Origin: Octopus sinensis | Taxonomy: Eukaryota | Direction of reading: 5' to 3' | Assembly: GCF_006345805.1 (NCBI RefSeq) | Contig: NW_021835965.1 | Location: 1 to 64,000, forward strand | Length of the DNA stretch: 64,000 nt | Shown: positions 1 through 12,175 of the stretch, in pieces | Numbering within the stretch: the stretch's first letter is position 1 | Layout of the letters: every line of letters starts with the position of its first letter | The notes under the pieces: generated by a model | Databases searched by the model: none | What the model was told of the DNA's origin: nothing | The model's input: the letters and a program-made list of their open reading frames with translations, nothing else | Position numbers and translations under genes: made by a program

Positions 1-146
1 GTTCAGTATGTGGCAAAGTAATTATTTTACTAAGCCCTTATATATAATGTAATATTTTGAATTCGCCTATATGGTCCCTTTACATACTGAACACTTGGTG
101 AAACTGATTAATAATTAATTAATTTACCCTCAATTGTTGAATTATT
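1..146 (+). mobile_element. 3' terminus of a further copy of the ~545-bp HHR-unit family, ending in (TA)n
   Basis: gttcagtatg...ctaagccct...gaattcgcc...ggtccc...catactgaacacttggtgaaa...ccctcaattgttgaa matches the unit 3' end in both arrays and is followed directly by (TA)n; truncated by the window edge. Confidence 0.85.
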
Positions 147-180
147 ATATATATATAATATATATATAATATATATATAT

Positions 181-633
181 AGGTGCAGGAGTGTCTGTGT
201 GGTAAGAGGCTTGCTTCCCAATCACATGGCTCCAATTCAGTCCTACTGCGTGGCACCTCGGGCAAGTGCCGTCTACTATAGCCTCGGGCTGACCAAAGCC
301 TTGTGAGTGGATTTAGTAGAAGAAAACTGAAAGAATCCCGTCGTATATATATATATGTATGTATGTATATGTATATATGTGTGTGTGCGTGTGCGTGTGC
401 GTGTGTGTGTGTGTGTGACTTTGTGTCTGTGTCCACCCATTACCGCTTGACAACCGGTGTTGGGTTGATTACGTTCCCATAATCCAGTGGTTCGGCAAAA
501 GAGACCGATAGAATAAGCACCAGACTTAAAAACAAATAAATATTGGGGTCGACTTATTCGACTAAAAAATTCAAGGCAGTGCCCCAGCATGGCCCCAATC
601 TAATGACTGAAACAAGTAAAAGATAAAAGATAA
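181..633 (+). mobile_element. tRNA-derived SINE, family A (bipartite, internal TA/TG tract)
   Basis: Head aggtgcaggagtgtctgtgtggtaag...ttcagtcc, body ttgtgagtggattt, tail gactgaaacaagtaaaag; many copies in the window. Confidence 0.85.
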
Positions 634-640
634 ATATCAG

Positions 641-1060
641 AAGTTAAATGTTATGGCCGGTAGTAGAGCGAGCATTGGTTTTGCACCTGTGAAGTGCTTA
701 ACTGAATAGGTGACTCGCCAAACTCAAGTGGCCGAAGGTGCATAACCTCTCTACAACTGTAGTACTTAGTCAATGCCCTCATCTATAACCCATTCGTGAA
801 ATAGGTCCGCCACAACTCCTTCGGATACCATCACGGCTGGACTCAATATAAGGGGTATAACACCGCCCCGCCTGCAATACCCCTGCACGGACAAATATAT
901 TTTTGTTTACAAAATTAACTGACTGTGACGTATTTCTTCCTCCAGTTGTTGAGAGGTTATGCGCCTTCGGTTATATGAGTCTGACGAGTCACCTATACGG
1001 CTAAGCAGTTTATAGGTTGAAACCAATGGTCCCTCTATGATCAACCATAACTTTTAACTT
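641..1060. repeat. Diverged inverted repeat (arms 641-759 and 943-1060) with an HHR motif in each arm
   Basis: Reverse complement of the left arm (cagttgtagagaggttatgcaccttcgg...ccataacatttaactt) aligns to the right arm (cagttgttgagaggttatgcgccttcgg...ccataacttttaactt). Confidence 0.85.
975..1036 (+). ncRNA. Type I hammerhead ribozyme motif, partly degenerate
   Basis: CUGACGA 981-987; helix II acctata/tataggt; GAAA 1019-1022; helix III acc-aat-ggt; GUC site at 1029-1031; helix I gag/ctc with a mismatch at the junction. Confidence 0.65.
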
Positions 1061-1286
1061 TCTTGGAAATACATACATTAAAGTGTGCTTCTTTTTCGGA
1101 TATATGAACTAGTGATGATATATATATTTATATATATAATTATCATTGAATATGACAGCGGATGTTAGAACACCTACAACGCTAGAAATAAGAGTTAAAA
1201 TGTTTGATCCTACGGTCAAACGCACATAATTGTATTCATACATACTGACAGTGATCGTAAACGGCTGAAAGTGTCAGTCGTGATAT

Positions 1287-1337
1287 CCCTATACCGACGA
1301 CGGTTTCGGCTTTAAGATCGAAGCCTCTTCAGTAGGG
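1287..1337 (-). ncRNA. Canonical type I hammerhead ribozyme
   Basis: Minus strand reads cccta-CUGAAGA-ggctt(cgatctta)aagcc-GAA-accg(tcgt)cggt-A-taggg; all three helices fully Watson-Crick, GUA cleavage triplet. Confidence 0.85.
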
Positions 1338-1639
1338 TCGGCACAATACACCAGATTCCGGACAAGATCACTACCAGTATATATACCTGCTCCTCAAAAA
1401 TCTATGGATAATTTAGCGAATCGCTAATGTGTATACAAATAATTTAAATTCGGCAGTAGTTAAGCAATGTGTCACCGAAAAAGAGAACTATAATTTCATT
1501 AAATATGACAATGGGTAATAGAATAGATAGTATGCTAGAAAGAAGAGCTAAAGTGCTCTGATGCTGACTGTTATATATACACATAGCAGTCTAATGCCTG
1601 CACAGCTACAAACATACACAGTCTTACTAGCTGCTATCT

Positions 1640-1885
1640 CCTTTCACGAACGGAATACCTATTTCTTTATTACCCACAAGGGGCTAAACATAGAGGGGAC
1701 AAACAAAGGCGGACAAAGGTATTAAGTCGATTACATCGACTCCAGTGTGTAACTGGTACTTAATTTATCGACCCCGGAACGATGAAAGGCAAAGTCGACC
1801 TCGGCGGAATTCAAACTCAGAACGTAATGGCGGACGAAATACCGCTAAGCATTTCGCCCGGCGTACTAACGTTCATGCCAGTTTA
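1640..1885 (-). mobile_element. SINE family C (Deu/Nin-like central domain) plus the start of a second unit
   Basis: Reverse complement of cgttagtacgccgggcgaaatgcttagcggtatttcgtcc...gttctgagtttgaattccgccgaggtcgactttgcctttcatc...ccccttgtgggtaataaagaaatag; domain assignment is from memory. Confidence 0.8.
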
Positions 1886-2095
1886 CCGAATGTCACACTT
1901 ATACTTATTCCAAACCAAAAAAATAACGAATGTATATATAACTTTTCTTTAAATAGTGTTAATTTGACAACATTTTCTCAGTACAGTTCGAATGTAATTT
2001 AGAAATAATTCATTAGCACTTTGTTTTATTGATTCTGTTATCAAAATCAATTTAGAATAAGTCTAATTTAACAATTTTATAAAATATACTCTTTA

Positions 2096-2097
2096 TC

Positions 2098-2176
<79 letters not shown>

Positions 2177-2177
2177 G
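2096..2177. repeat. (ATT)n microsatellite
   Basis: Direct reading. Confidence 0.95.
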
Positions 2178-2667
2178 TACCGTCTTCACCATCATTATCT
2201 TCATTATTACTCTAAATTAGATTTACACTATGAAATTATATTTATATAAGTAGATGAATAAGAATTCTTGATAAATAAATAAAAGATGTTTTGTTTGTTT
2301 TTTAATGGAGTAATGAAAGAAAGAGATAGCAAAAACAAACAAAAGAAAAATAGCGTTCGACAATCAATTACTAAATAGATATACATATATTATGCTCAAT
2401 TGATAGCTATGAATGAAAAATAAATTTTCATTATGAAAAATAATTAGATTCAATTAATGGCAATAATGACTGACGGATGAATGAAATAGATCGTTTTCGC
2501 AGAGCTTGTCGGCTGGTTGGTTGGTTGGCTGGAAGGCTGGTTGGTTGGTTGGTTGGCTGGAAGGCTGGTTGCTGGCAAGCAAACGATTTTATTCGATTTG
2601 TGGCTGTAAGTGTATGGATGTGCTTGCGAAAATATAAGTGTATAAGCTACGTGCATACCTTGCATAC

Positions 2668-2710
<43 letters not shown>

Positions 2711-2725
2711 ACATACATATACATA

Positions 2726-2779
<54 letters not shown>

Positions 2780-2991
2780 CTATAAGAAAATGGTGGGGAT
2801 CAATAGGTGGTTCATCAACTTTTAGGCACTATATTATGTTAACTTATTTATTTATTTACTAAACTGACAATTGCAATAATATACATACATGCATAACATA
2901 TTATGCTTTAACATATAAGATATAAAACATACTAATATATAATGATACCAGTAATTATTACAAAATAACATACAAGAATATAAATTAGGAA

Positions 2992-3121
2992 AATAACTTA
3001 CAGCTGTTTCAGACATAAGGTAAAAATACCTCATTCTAGCTTTATTACTCAAGTAGACTGAAGTAATATGTAGATGAAATTGAGGTACTTGGGTATTTCC
3101 CTAGGCTTCGTCAGAGATTAT
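2992..3121 (-). ncRNA. Degenerate HHR with long helix II (PLE terminus type)
   Basis: Minus strand: CUGACGA (3114-3108), inner stem tacctca/tgaggta, then GAAAC-AGCU-GUA (3010-2999) with palindromic acagctgt; helix I ataa(t)ct/agttat. Confidence 0.55.
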
Positions 3122-3184
3122 AAAGTACATAATGTTAAGTTATAAATAAATATAAATATAAATATAAAATAAATAAATAAAAAT

Positions 3185-3244
<60 letters not shown>

Positions 3245-3248
<4 letters not shown>

Positions 3249-5206
3249 CAACAATTGAGGGCAAAATTAATTAATTATTAATCAATTTCACCAAGTGTTC
3301 AGTATGCAAAGGGACCATTCAAGGCGAATTCAAATTATTACATTATATAAAAGGGCTTAGTAAAATAAATTACTCCTCGCCGCATACTGAACTCATTAGA
3401 AATAGCAGCTAAAAAACTTTTTTAAAGCTATTTCTAATACTTAAAGAAAATCTCTCTCAATATAGTGTTTGCTTAATTCAACTCACAAAAGTTTGGGGGT
3501 AAGGACATCGAAAAATCAAATGCTAAGGTTATTCGAGAACGTACGTTTCAAGATTAGTCAAAACAACATTTCTATCATCGGCTCAGAAATTCCTTGGTTT
3601 GGATTTGGAAACACTGAAAATAAGAACATACCCTCTCGAAGATCTGCTTCCAACTAACAGTGCCAACAAATTCAAATAAGCAAGCGATGAATCTCTGTTC
3701 TCCCCTTTCCACCAGCGTGGGTTAAAATCATCAAACACTATGCTTATTTCGGTAAAATCCGAAGCATTAATCAGAGGGAGATTAATTATAATTTCAACAA
3801 TTGAGGGCAAAATTAATTAATTATTAATCAATTTCACCAAGTGTTCAGTATGCAAAGGGACCATTCAAGGCGAATTCAAATTATTACATTATATAAAAGG
3901 GCTTAGTAAAATAAATTACTCTGCCGCATACTGAATCATTAGAAATAGCAGCTAAAAAACTTTTTTAAAGCTATTTCTAATACTTAAAGAAAATCTCTCA
4001 TATATAGTGTTTGCTTAATTCAACTCACAAAAGTTTGGGGGTAAGGACATCGAAAAATCAAATGCTAAGGTTATTCGAGAACGTACGTTTCAAGATTAGT
4101 CAAAACAACATTCTATCATCGGCTCAGAAATTCCTTGGTTTGGATTTGGAAACACTGAAAATAAGAACATACCCTCTCGAAGATCTGCTTCCAACTAACA
4201 GTGCCAACAAATTCAAATAAGCAAGCGATGAATCTCTGTTCTCCCCTTTCCACCAGCGTGGGTTAAAATCATCAAACACTATGCTTATTTCGGTAAAATC
4301 CGAAGCATTAATCAGAGGGAGATTAATTATAATTTCAACAATTGAGGGCAAAATTAATTAATTATTAATCAATTTCACCAAGTGTTCAGTATGCAAAGGG
4401 ACCATTCAAGGCGAATTCAAATTATTACATTATATAAAAGGCTTAGTAAAATAAATTACTCTGCCGCATACTGAACTCATTAGAAATAGCAGCTAAAAAA
4501 CTTTTTTAAAGCTATTTTAATACTTAAAGAAAATCTCTTTCATATATAGTGTTTGCTTAATTCAACTCACAAAAGTTTGGGGGTAAGGACATCGAAAAAT
4601 CAAATGCTAAGGTTATTCGAGAACGTACGTTTCAAGATTAGTCAAAACAACATTTCTATCATCGGCTCAGAAATTCTTGGTTTGGATTTGGAAACACTGA
4701 AAATAAGAACATACCCTCTCGAAGATCTGCTTCCAACTAACAGTGCCAACAAATTCAAATAAGCAGCGATGAATCTCTGTTCTCCCCTTTCCACCAGCGT
4801 GGGTTAAAATCATCAAACACTATGCTTATTTCGGTAAAATCCGAAGCATTAATCAGAGAGATTAATTATAATTTCAACAATTGAGGCAAAATTAATTAAT
4901 TATTAATCAATTCACCAGTGTTCAGTATGCAAAGGGACCATTCAAGGCGAATTCAAATTATTACATTTATAAAGGGCTTAGTAAAATAATTACTCTGCCG
5001 CATACTGAATCATTAGAAATAGCAGCTAAAAAACTTTTTAAAGCTATTTCTAATACTTAAAGAAAATCTCTCTCATATATAGTGTTTGCTTAATTCAACT
5101 CACAAAAGTTTGGGGGTAAGGACATCGAAAAATCAAATGCTAAGGTTATTCGAGAACGTACGTTTCAAGATTAGTCAAAACAACATTCTATCATCGCTCA
5201 GAAATT
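3245..5206 (-). repeat. HHR array 1, left arm: ~3.6 tandem ~543-bp units, ribozyme sense on the minus strand
   Basis: Unit start tttcaacaattgaggg at ~3246, 3792, 4333 and 4872; tcatcgg (CCGAUGA reverse complement) at ~3575, 4116, 4659 and 5191 (last lacks one base); left end abuts (TA)n. Confidence 0.95.
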
Positions 5207-8200
5207 GTTGGCACTGTTAGTTGGAAGCAGATCTTCGAGAGGGTATGTTCTTATTTTCAGTGTTTCCAAATCCAAACCAAGGAATTTCTGAGCCGATGAT
5301 AGAAATGTTGTTTTGACTAATCTTGAAACGTACGTTCTCGAATAACCTTAGCATTTGATTTTTCGATGTCCTTACCCCCAAACTTTGTGAGTTGAATTAG
5401 CAAACACTATATATGAGAGAGATTTTCTTAAGTATTAGAATAGCTTTAAAAAAGTTTTTTAGCTGCTATTTCTAATGAGTTCAGTATGCGGCAGAGTAAT
5501 TTATTTTACTAAGCCCTTTTATATAATGTAATAATTTGAATTCGCCTTGAATGGTCCCTTTGCATACTGAACACTTGGTGAAATTGATTAATAATTAATT
5601 AATTTTGCCCTCAATTGTTGAAATTATAATTAATCTCCCTCTGATTAATGCTTCGGATTTTACCGAAATAAGCATAGTGTTTGATGATTTTAACCCACGC
5701 TGGTGGAAAGGGGAGAACAGAGATTCATCGCTTGCTTATTTGGATTTGTTGGCACTGTTAGTTGGAAGCAGATCTTCGAGAGGGTATGTTCTTATTTTCA
5801 GTGTTTCCAAATCCAAACCAAGGAATTTCTGAGCCGATGATAGAAATGTTGTTTTGACTAATCTTGAAACGTACGTTCTCGAATAACCTTAGCATTTGAT
5901 TTTTCGATGTCCTTACCCCCAAACTTTTGTGAGTTGAATTAAGCAAACACTATATATGAGAGAGATTTTCTTTAAGTATTAGAAATAGCTTTAAAAAAGT
6001 TTTTTAGCTGCTATTTCTAATGAGTTCAGTATGCGGCAGAGTAATTTATTTTACTAAGCCCTTTTATATAATGTAATAATTTGAATTCGCCTTGAATGGT
6101 CCCTTTGCATACTGAACACTTGGTGAAATTGATTAATAATTAATTAATTTTGCCCTCAATTGTTGAAATTATAATTAATCTCCCTCTGATTAATGCTTCG
6201 GATTTTACCGAAAAAGCACGTGTTGATGATTTTAACCCACGCTGGTGGAAAGGGGAGAACAGAGATTCATCGCTTGCTTATTTGAATTTGTTGGCACTGT
6301 TAGTTGGAAGCAGATCTTCGAGAGTATGTTCTGTATTTATTTTCAGTGTTTCCAATCCAAACCAAGGAATTTCTGAGCCGATGATAGAAATGTTGTTTTG
6401 ACTAATCTTGAAACGTACGTTCTCGAATAACCTTAGCATTTGATTTTTCGATGTCCTTACCCCCAACTTTTGTGAGTTGAATTAAGCAAACACTATATAT
6501 GAGAGAGATTTTCTTTAAGTATTAGAAATAGCTTTAAAAAAGTTTTTTAGCTGCTATTTCTAATGAGTTCAGTATGCGGCAGAGTAATTTATTTTACTAA
6601 GCCCTTTTATATAATGTAATAATTTGAATTCGCCTTGAATGGTCCCTTTGCATACTGAACACTTGGTGAAATTGATTAATAATTAATTAATTTTGCCCTC
6701 AATTGTTGAAATTATAATTAATCTCCCTCTGATTAATGCTTCGGATTTTACCGAAATAAGCATAGTGTTGATGATTTTAACCCACGCTGGTGGAAAGGGG
6801 AGAACAGAGATTCATCGCTGCTTATTTGAATTTGTTGGCACTGTTATTGTTGGCAGATCTTCGAAGGGGGTACGTTATTTTCAGTGTTTCCAAATCCAAA
6901 ACAAGGAATGCATAAGAGTGAGAGAGATAGAAATGTTGTTTTGACTAATCTTGAAACGTACGTTCTCGAATAACCTTAGCATTTGATTTTTCGATGTCCT
7001 TACCCCCAAACTTTTGTGAGTTGAATTAAGCAAACACTATATATGAGAGAGATTTTCTTTAAGTATTAGAAATAGCTTTAAAAAAGTTTTTTAGCTGCTA
7101 TTTCTAATGAGTTCAGTATGCGGCAGAGTAATTTATTTTACTAAGCCCTTTTATATAATGTAATAATTTGAATTCGCCTTGAATGGTCCCTTTGCATACT
7201 GAACACTTGGTGAAATTGATTAATAATTAATTAATTTTGCCCTCAATTGTTGAAATTATAATTAATCTCCCTCTGATTAATGCTTCGGATTTTACCGAAA
7301 TAAGCAAGCATAGTGTTGATGATTTTAACCCACGCTGGTGGAAAGGGGAGAACAGAGATTCATCGCTTGCTTATTTGAATTTGTTGGCACTGTTAGTTGG
7401 AAGCAGATCTTCGAGAGGGTATGTTCTTATTTTCAGTGTTTCCAAATCCAAACCAAGGAATTTCTGAGCCGATGATAGAATGTTGTTTTGACTAATCTTG
7501 AAACGTACGTTCTCGAATAACCTTAGCATTTGATTTTTCGATGTCCTTACCCCCAAACTTTTGTGAGTTGAATTAAGCAAACACTATATATATGAAGAGA
7601 TTTTCTTTAAGTATTAGAAATAGCTTTAAAAAAGTTTTTTAGCTGCTATTTCTAATGAGTTCAGTATGCGGCAGAGTAATTATTTTACTAAGCCCTTTTA
7701 TATAATGTAATAATTTGAATTCGCCTTGAATGGTCCCTTTGCATACTGAACACTTGGTGAAATTGATTAATAATTAATTAATTTTGCCCTCAATTGTTGA
7801 AATTATAATTAATCTCCCTCTGATTAATGCTTCGGATTTTACCGAAATAAGCATAGTGTTTGATGATTTTAACCCACGCTGGTGGGAAAGAGGGAGAACA
7901 GAGATTCATCGCTTGCTTATTTGAATTTGTTGGCACTGTTAGTTGGAAGCAGATCTTCGAGAGGGTATGTTCTTATTTTCAGTGTTTCCAATCCAAACCA
8001 AGGAATTTCTGAGCCGATGATTAGAAATGTTGTTTTGACTAATCTTGAAACGTACGTTCTCGAATACCTTAGCATTTGATTTTTCGAGTCCTTACCCCCA
8101 AACTTTTGTGAGTTGAATTAAGCAAACACTATATATGAGAGAGATTTTCTTTAAGTATTAGAAATAGCTTTAAAAAAGTTTTTTAGCTGCTATTTCTAAT

Positions 8201-9880
8201 GAGTTCAGTATGCGGCAAGTAATTTATTTTACTAAGCCCTTTTATATAATGTAATAATTTGAATTCGCCTTGAATGGTCCCTTTGCATACTGAAACTTGG
8301 TGAAATTGATTAATAATTAATTAATTTTGCCCTCAATTGTTGAAATTATAATTAATCTCCCTCTGATTAATGCTTCGGATTTTACCGAAATAAGCATAGT
8401 GTTTGATGATTTTAACCCACGCTGGTGGAAAGGGGAGAACAGAGATTCATCGCTTGCTTATTTGAATTTGTTGGCACTGTTAGTTGGGAGAGCAGATCTT
8501 CGAGAGGGTATGTTCTTATTTTCAGTGTTTCCAAATCCAAACCAAGGAATTTCTGAGCCGATGATAGAAATGTTGTTTTGACTAATCTTGAAACGTACGT
8601 TCTCGAATAACCTTAGCATTTGATTTTTCGATGTCCTTACCCCCAAACTTTTGTGAGTTGAATTAAGCAAACACTATATATGAGAGAGATTTTCGTTAAG
8701 TATTAGAATAGCTTTAAAAAAGTTTTTTAGCTGCTATTTCTAATGAGTTCAGTATGCGGCAGAGTAATTTATTTTACTAAGCCCTTTTATATAATGTAAT
8801 AATTGAATTCGCCTTGAATGGTCCCTTTGCATACTGATGAACACTTGGTGAAATTGATTAATAATTAATTAATTTTGCCCTCAATTGTTGAAATTATAAT
8901 TAATCTCCCTCTGATTAATGCTTCGGATTTTACCGAAATAAGCATAGTGTTTGATGATTTTAACCCACGCTGGTGGAAAGGGGAGAACAGAGATTCATCG
9001 CTTGCTTATTTGAATTTGTTGGCACTGTTAGTTGGAAGCAGATCTTCGAGAGGGTATGTTCTTATTTTCAGTGTTTCCAAATCCAAACCAAGGAATTTCT
9101 GAGCCGATGATAGAAATGTTGTTTTGACTAATCTTGAAACGTACGTTCTCGAATAACCTAGCATTTGATTTTTCGATGTCCTTACCCCCAAACTTTTGTG
9201 AGTTGAATTAAGCAAACACTATATATGAGAGAGATTTTCTTTAAGTATTAGAAATAGCTTTAAAAAAGTTTTTTAGCTGCTATTTCTAATGAGTTCAGTA
9301 TGCGGCAGAGTAATTTATTTTACTAAGCCCTTTTATATAATGTAATAATTTGAATTCGCCTTGAATGGTCCCTTTGCATACTGAACACTTGGTGAAATTG
9401 ATTAATAATTAATTAATTTTGCCCTCAATTGTTGAAATTATAATTAATCTCCCTCTGATTAATGCTTCGGATTTTACCGAAATAAGCATAGTGTTTGATG
9501 ATTTTAACCCCACGCTGGTGGAAAGGGGAGAACAGAGATTCATCGCTTGCTATTTGAATGTGTGGCACTGTTTAGTGGAAGCAGATCTTCGAGAGGGTAT
9601 GTTCTTATTTTCAGTGTTTCCAAATCCAAACCAAGGAATTTCTGAGCCGATGATAGAAATGTTGTTTTGACTAATCTTGAAACGTACGTTCTCGAATAAC
9701 TTAGCATTTGATTTTTCGATGTCCTTACCCCCAAACTTTTGTGAGTTGAATTAAGCAAACACTATATATGAGAGAGATTTTCTTTAAGTATTAGAAATAG
9801 CTTTAAAAAAGTTTTTTAGCTGCTATTTCTAATGAGTTCAGTATGCGGCAGAGTAATTTATTTTACTAAGCCCTTTTATA
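5207..9880 (+). repeat. HHR array 1, right arm: ~8.6 tandem ~544-bp units, ribozyme sense on the plus strand
   Basis: ccgatga at ~5293, 5834, 6378, 7469, 8014, 8558, 9104 and 9647 (the unit at ~6910 is corrupted), each followed by gaaacgtacgttctcg; right end runs into (TA)n. Confidence 0.95.
5286..5343 (+). ncRNA. Representative array-1 hammerhead (variant core CCGAUGA, GUU site)
   Basis: ttc(t)gag-CCGAUGA-taga..gttg(ttt)tgac..tctt-GAAAC-GUAC-GUU-ctcgaa; helix III palindrome acgtacgt. Confidence 0.7.
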
Positions 9881-10127
9881 ATATTATATATATATATATA
9901 ATATATATATATATATAATAAGCTAAAGTAGCGAGTTCTCCATTTTTGAAAGAGATACAAGTAGTAACGATACAAAACAGTAATGTTTGTTGCCATTTCA
10001 GCGTGACCCTTCCATACAGACGAATGTTACTAAATTTTAACTCCAGATAATCATCTTTACCAGATGGTTAACGGTACACGACCCGTGTCTGCTATATTGC
10101 GAATCGGGAGCGAACCACTCCCCTGTA

Positions 10128-10298
10128 GCGTGTGTGTATACGACGGGTTTCTTTTTCTGTCCATCTACCAAATCCACTCACAAAATTTTAGTCGATCCGA
10201 GCTTATAGTAGAAGACACTAGCTCGAGCTGCTACACAGTAGGGCTGATATCAGAACTATGTTGCTGGGAAGCAAACTTCTTACCACACAGCCACGCCT
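10128..10298 (-). mobile_element. SINE family A, 5' part
   Basis: Reverse complement of ggcgtggctgtgtggtaagaagtttgcttccc...ttgtgagtggatttggtagatgg. Confidence 0.7.
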
Positions 10299-10341
10299 TG
10301 GGCCAGAACATATGCGTGTGTGCATGTGTGTTTTTACATAG

Positions 10342-10793
10342 TGGAGGCGCAATTGCCCGGTGGTTAGGGCAGCGGACTCGCGGACGTAGAATCTCGGTTT
10401 CGATTCCCAGACAAAGTGTTGTAAGTGTTTATTGAGCGAAAACACTTAAAGCTCCACGATGTTCCGGCAGGCGGGGTGACGAACCCTGCTCTACTCTTCA
10501 CTACAACTCTCTCTCTCTCTCTATCTATCTATCTATGTATGTATGTATGTATGTATGTATCTATCTATCTATCTATCTATCTATCTCGTTCACTCTTTCT
10601 TCCTGTTTCTGCTGTGCCTGTATTTCAAAGGGCCAGCCTTGTCACACACTGTGTCACGCTGAATCTCCCCGAGAACTACGTTAAGGATACACGTGTCTGT
10701 GGAGTGCTCAGCCACTTGCACATTAATTTCACGATCAAGCTATTCCGTTGATCGGATCAACTGGGACCGTTATCGTCGTAATCGACGGTGTGC
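10342..10793 (+). mobile_element. tRNA(Arg)-like-headed SINE, family B
   Basis: Head ggaggcgcaattgcccggtggttagggcagcggactcgcgg...ggtttcgattccc (A/B boxes); tail gtctgtggagtgctcagccacttgcac...gatcggatcaactgg. Confidence 0.85.
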
Positions 10794-10796
10794 ACG

Positions 10797-10843
<47 letters not shown>

Positions 10844-12175
10844 TTTTTTTCCATTTTTACTATTCCTCTCAAGCACTTTTACCCTTTTCCCTCTCTCCCC
10901 ATTCATCTCTTCTAATGAAGGAATAAAGTCCGATGCGTTACGACTTTTCTTTCCATCTTTTGGACGTTAAATTGACACTTTTCAATGGGTTTTCCCTTTT
11001 TCCGTTGTTTATGTTACGATATATTGATCACCCGTCATATTCATATTATATATTTAGGTATTAGAATATCGATATTTACGAGCCTCTCTTTGACCTACGT
11101 CTTACCAGCACTTCACAATATTCATCTTAAAATTAAGATGTAATGCAGTTTTGAAGAAGCGACACTGCGAAAGGGAAGATCTCATATACATATGTGTGTG
11201 CGTGTGTATGTGTGTGGGTATATGTATATATATATATATATATAGTATTTATAGTATTTATAGTATTTATAGTATTTATTCGATACTATATAACTACGAA
11301 TTGATTATTTCTATAAGTATTTTAAATAAGATTTCCGAAAGTTTGTTTAAGTTTGTTTGCTTGTATTTTTGAAATTAGCTATTTCATCTTTAAATATGAA
11401 AAATTAATTTATTAGGTCTTTATTATATGTGCATGTATATTTATTTATAGAGATTACTTTAGATCTTAATTATAATATTTATATACATTTTATATTTTCA
11501 TTGATAATTTATATATAATAGTCATTTTTTAAAAATATTTATGTAATTAGATATAGACTATTACCGATATTAGATTATTGGTGGGTTTCTTACCTTATAA
11601 ATTAAAATTAATATTTATCATTATAATCGATTTTGATATAATCATAATTGTTAAGTTTTAAGTTTCTAGTTTGATAATAGAGTTTATTATAAGTAAAATT
11701 ATTATATTATTTATATCTTAAAAATATTGTTTAAATATTTCTGATTATTTTAAAAATATTTCAATTAACCTAAAGATTGACTGTGGCCATAACTCGAATT
11801 ATTAATTGATTTTAAATTATTGTTATTCGAATTGGTACAGCCATGAAACGATCGTAGTGTTTTACTCTTTATCTTTTATTAAACTTTTAATACTTTTGAT
11901 TTTTAAAAGGGAAAGGAAAAAAGAGGAAAAAAAAAAATTAATTAATTAATTAATTAATTAATTAATTAAATAATATATAAATATTAAAATATACATACAT
12001 ACATATATATGTATATTTGTATATATATATAAAATTTATAAGTTTAAATTATTTAAATAATTTTTTATTTTTAACTTTTATATTTTAAAATTAATTTTAT
12101 GTATTGGCTTATGTTTTTCACTGTTTGATTTGCCTAATAGTGGTTTTATCTCTAATTTAATATAATATATATATA

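Noticed and set aside
6905-6930. Real variant unit lacking the HHR core
   Set aside because: The local sequence is scrambled and neighbouring units show scattered single-base indels, so consensus error is more likely.
5605-9670. Repeated 62-84 aa ORFs (MPSIVEII..., MLNSTHKS...)
   Set aside because: They start at TTG, have no recognisable domain, and the frames are not conserved in array 2.
3245-9880. CRISPR array or ordinary satellite
   Set aside because: Units are ~544 bp with no unique spacers, and the context is eukaryotic. The embedded HHR and defined termini argue against a plain satellite.
11775-11860. HHR suggested by GAAAC-GAUC-GUA (palindrome acgatcgt)
   Set aside because: No CUGANGA core upstream; at best a decayed relic.
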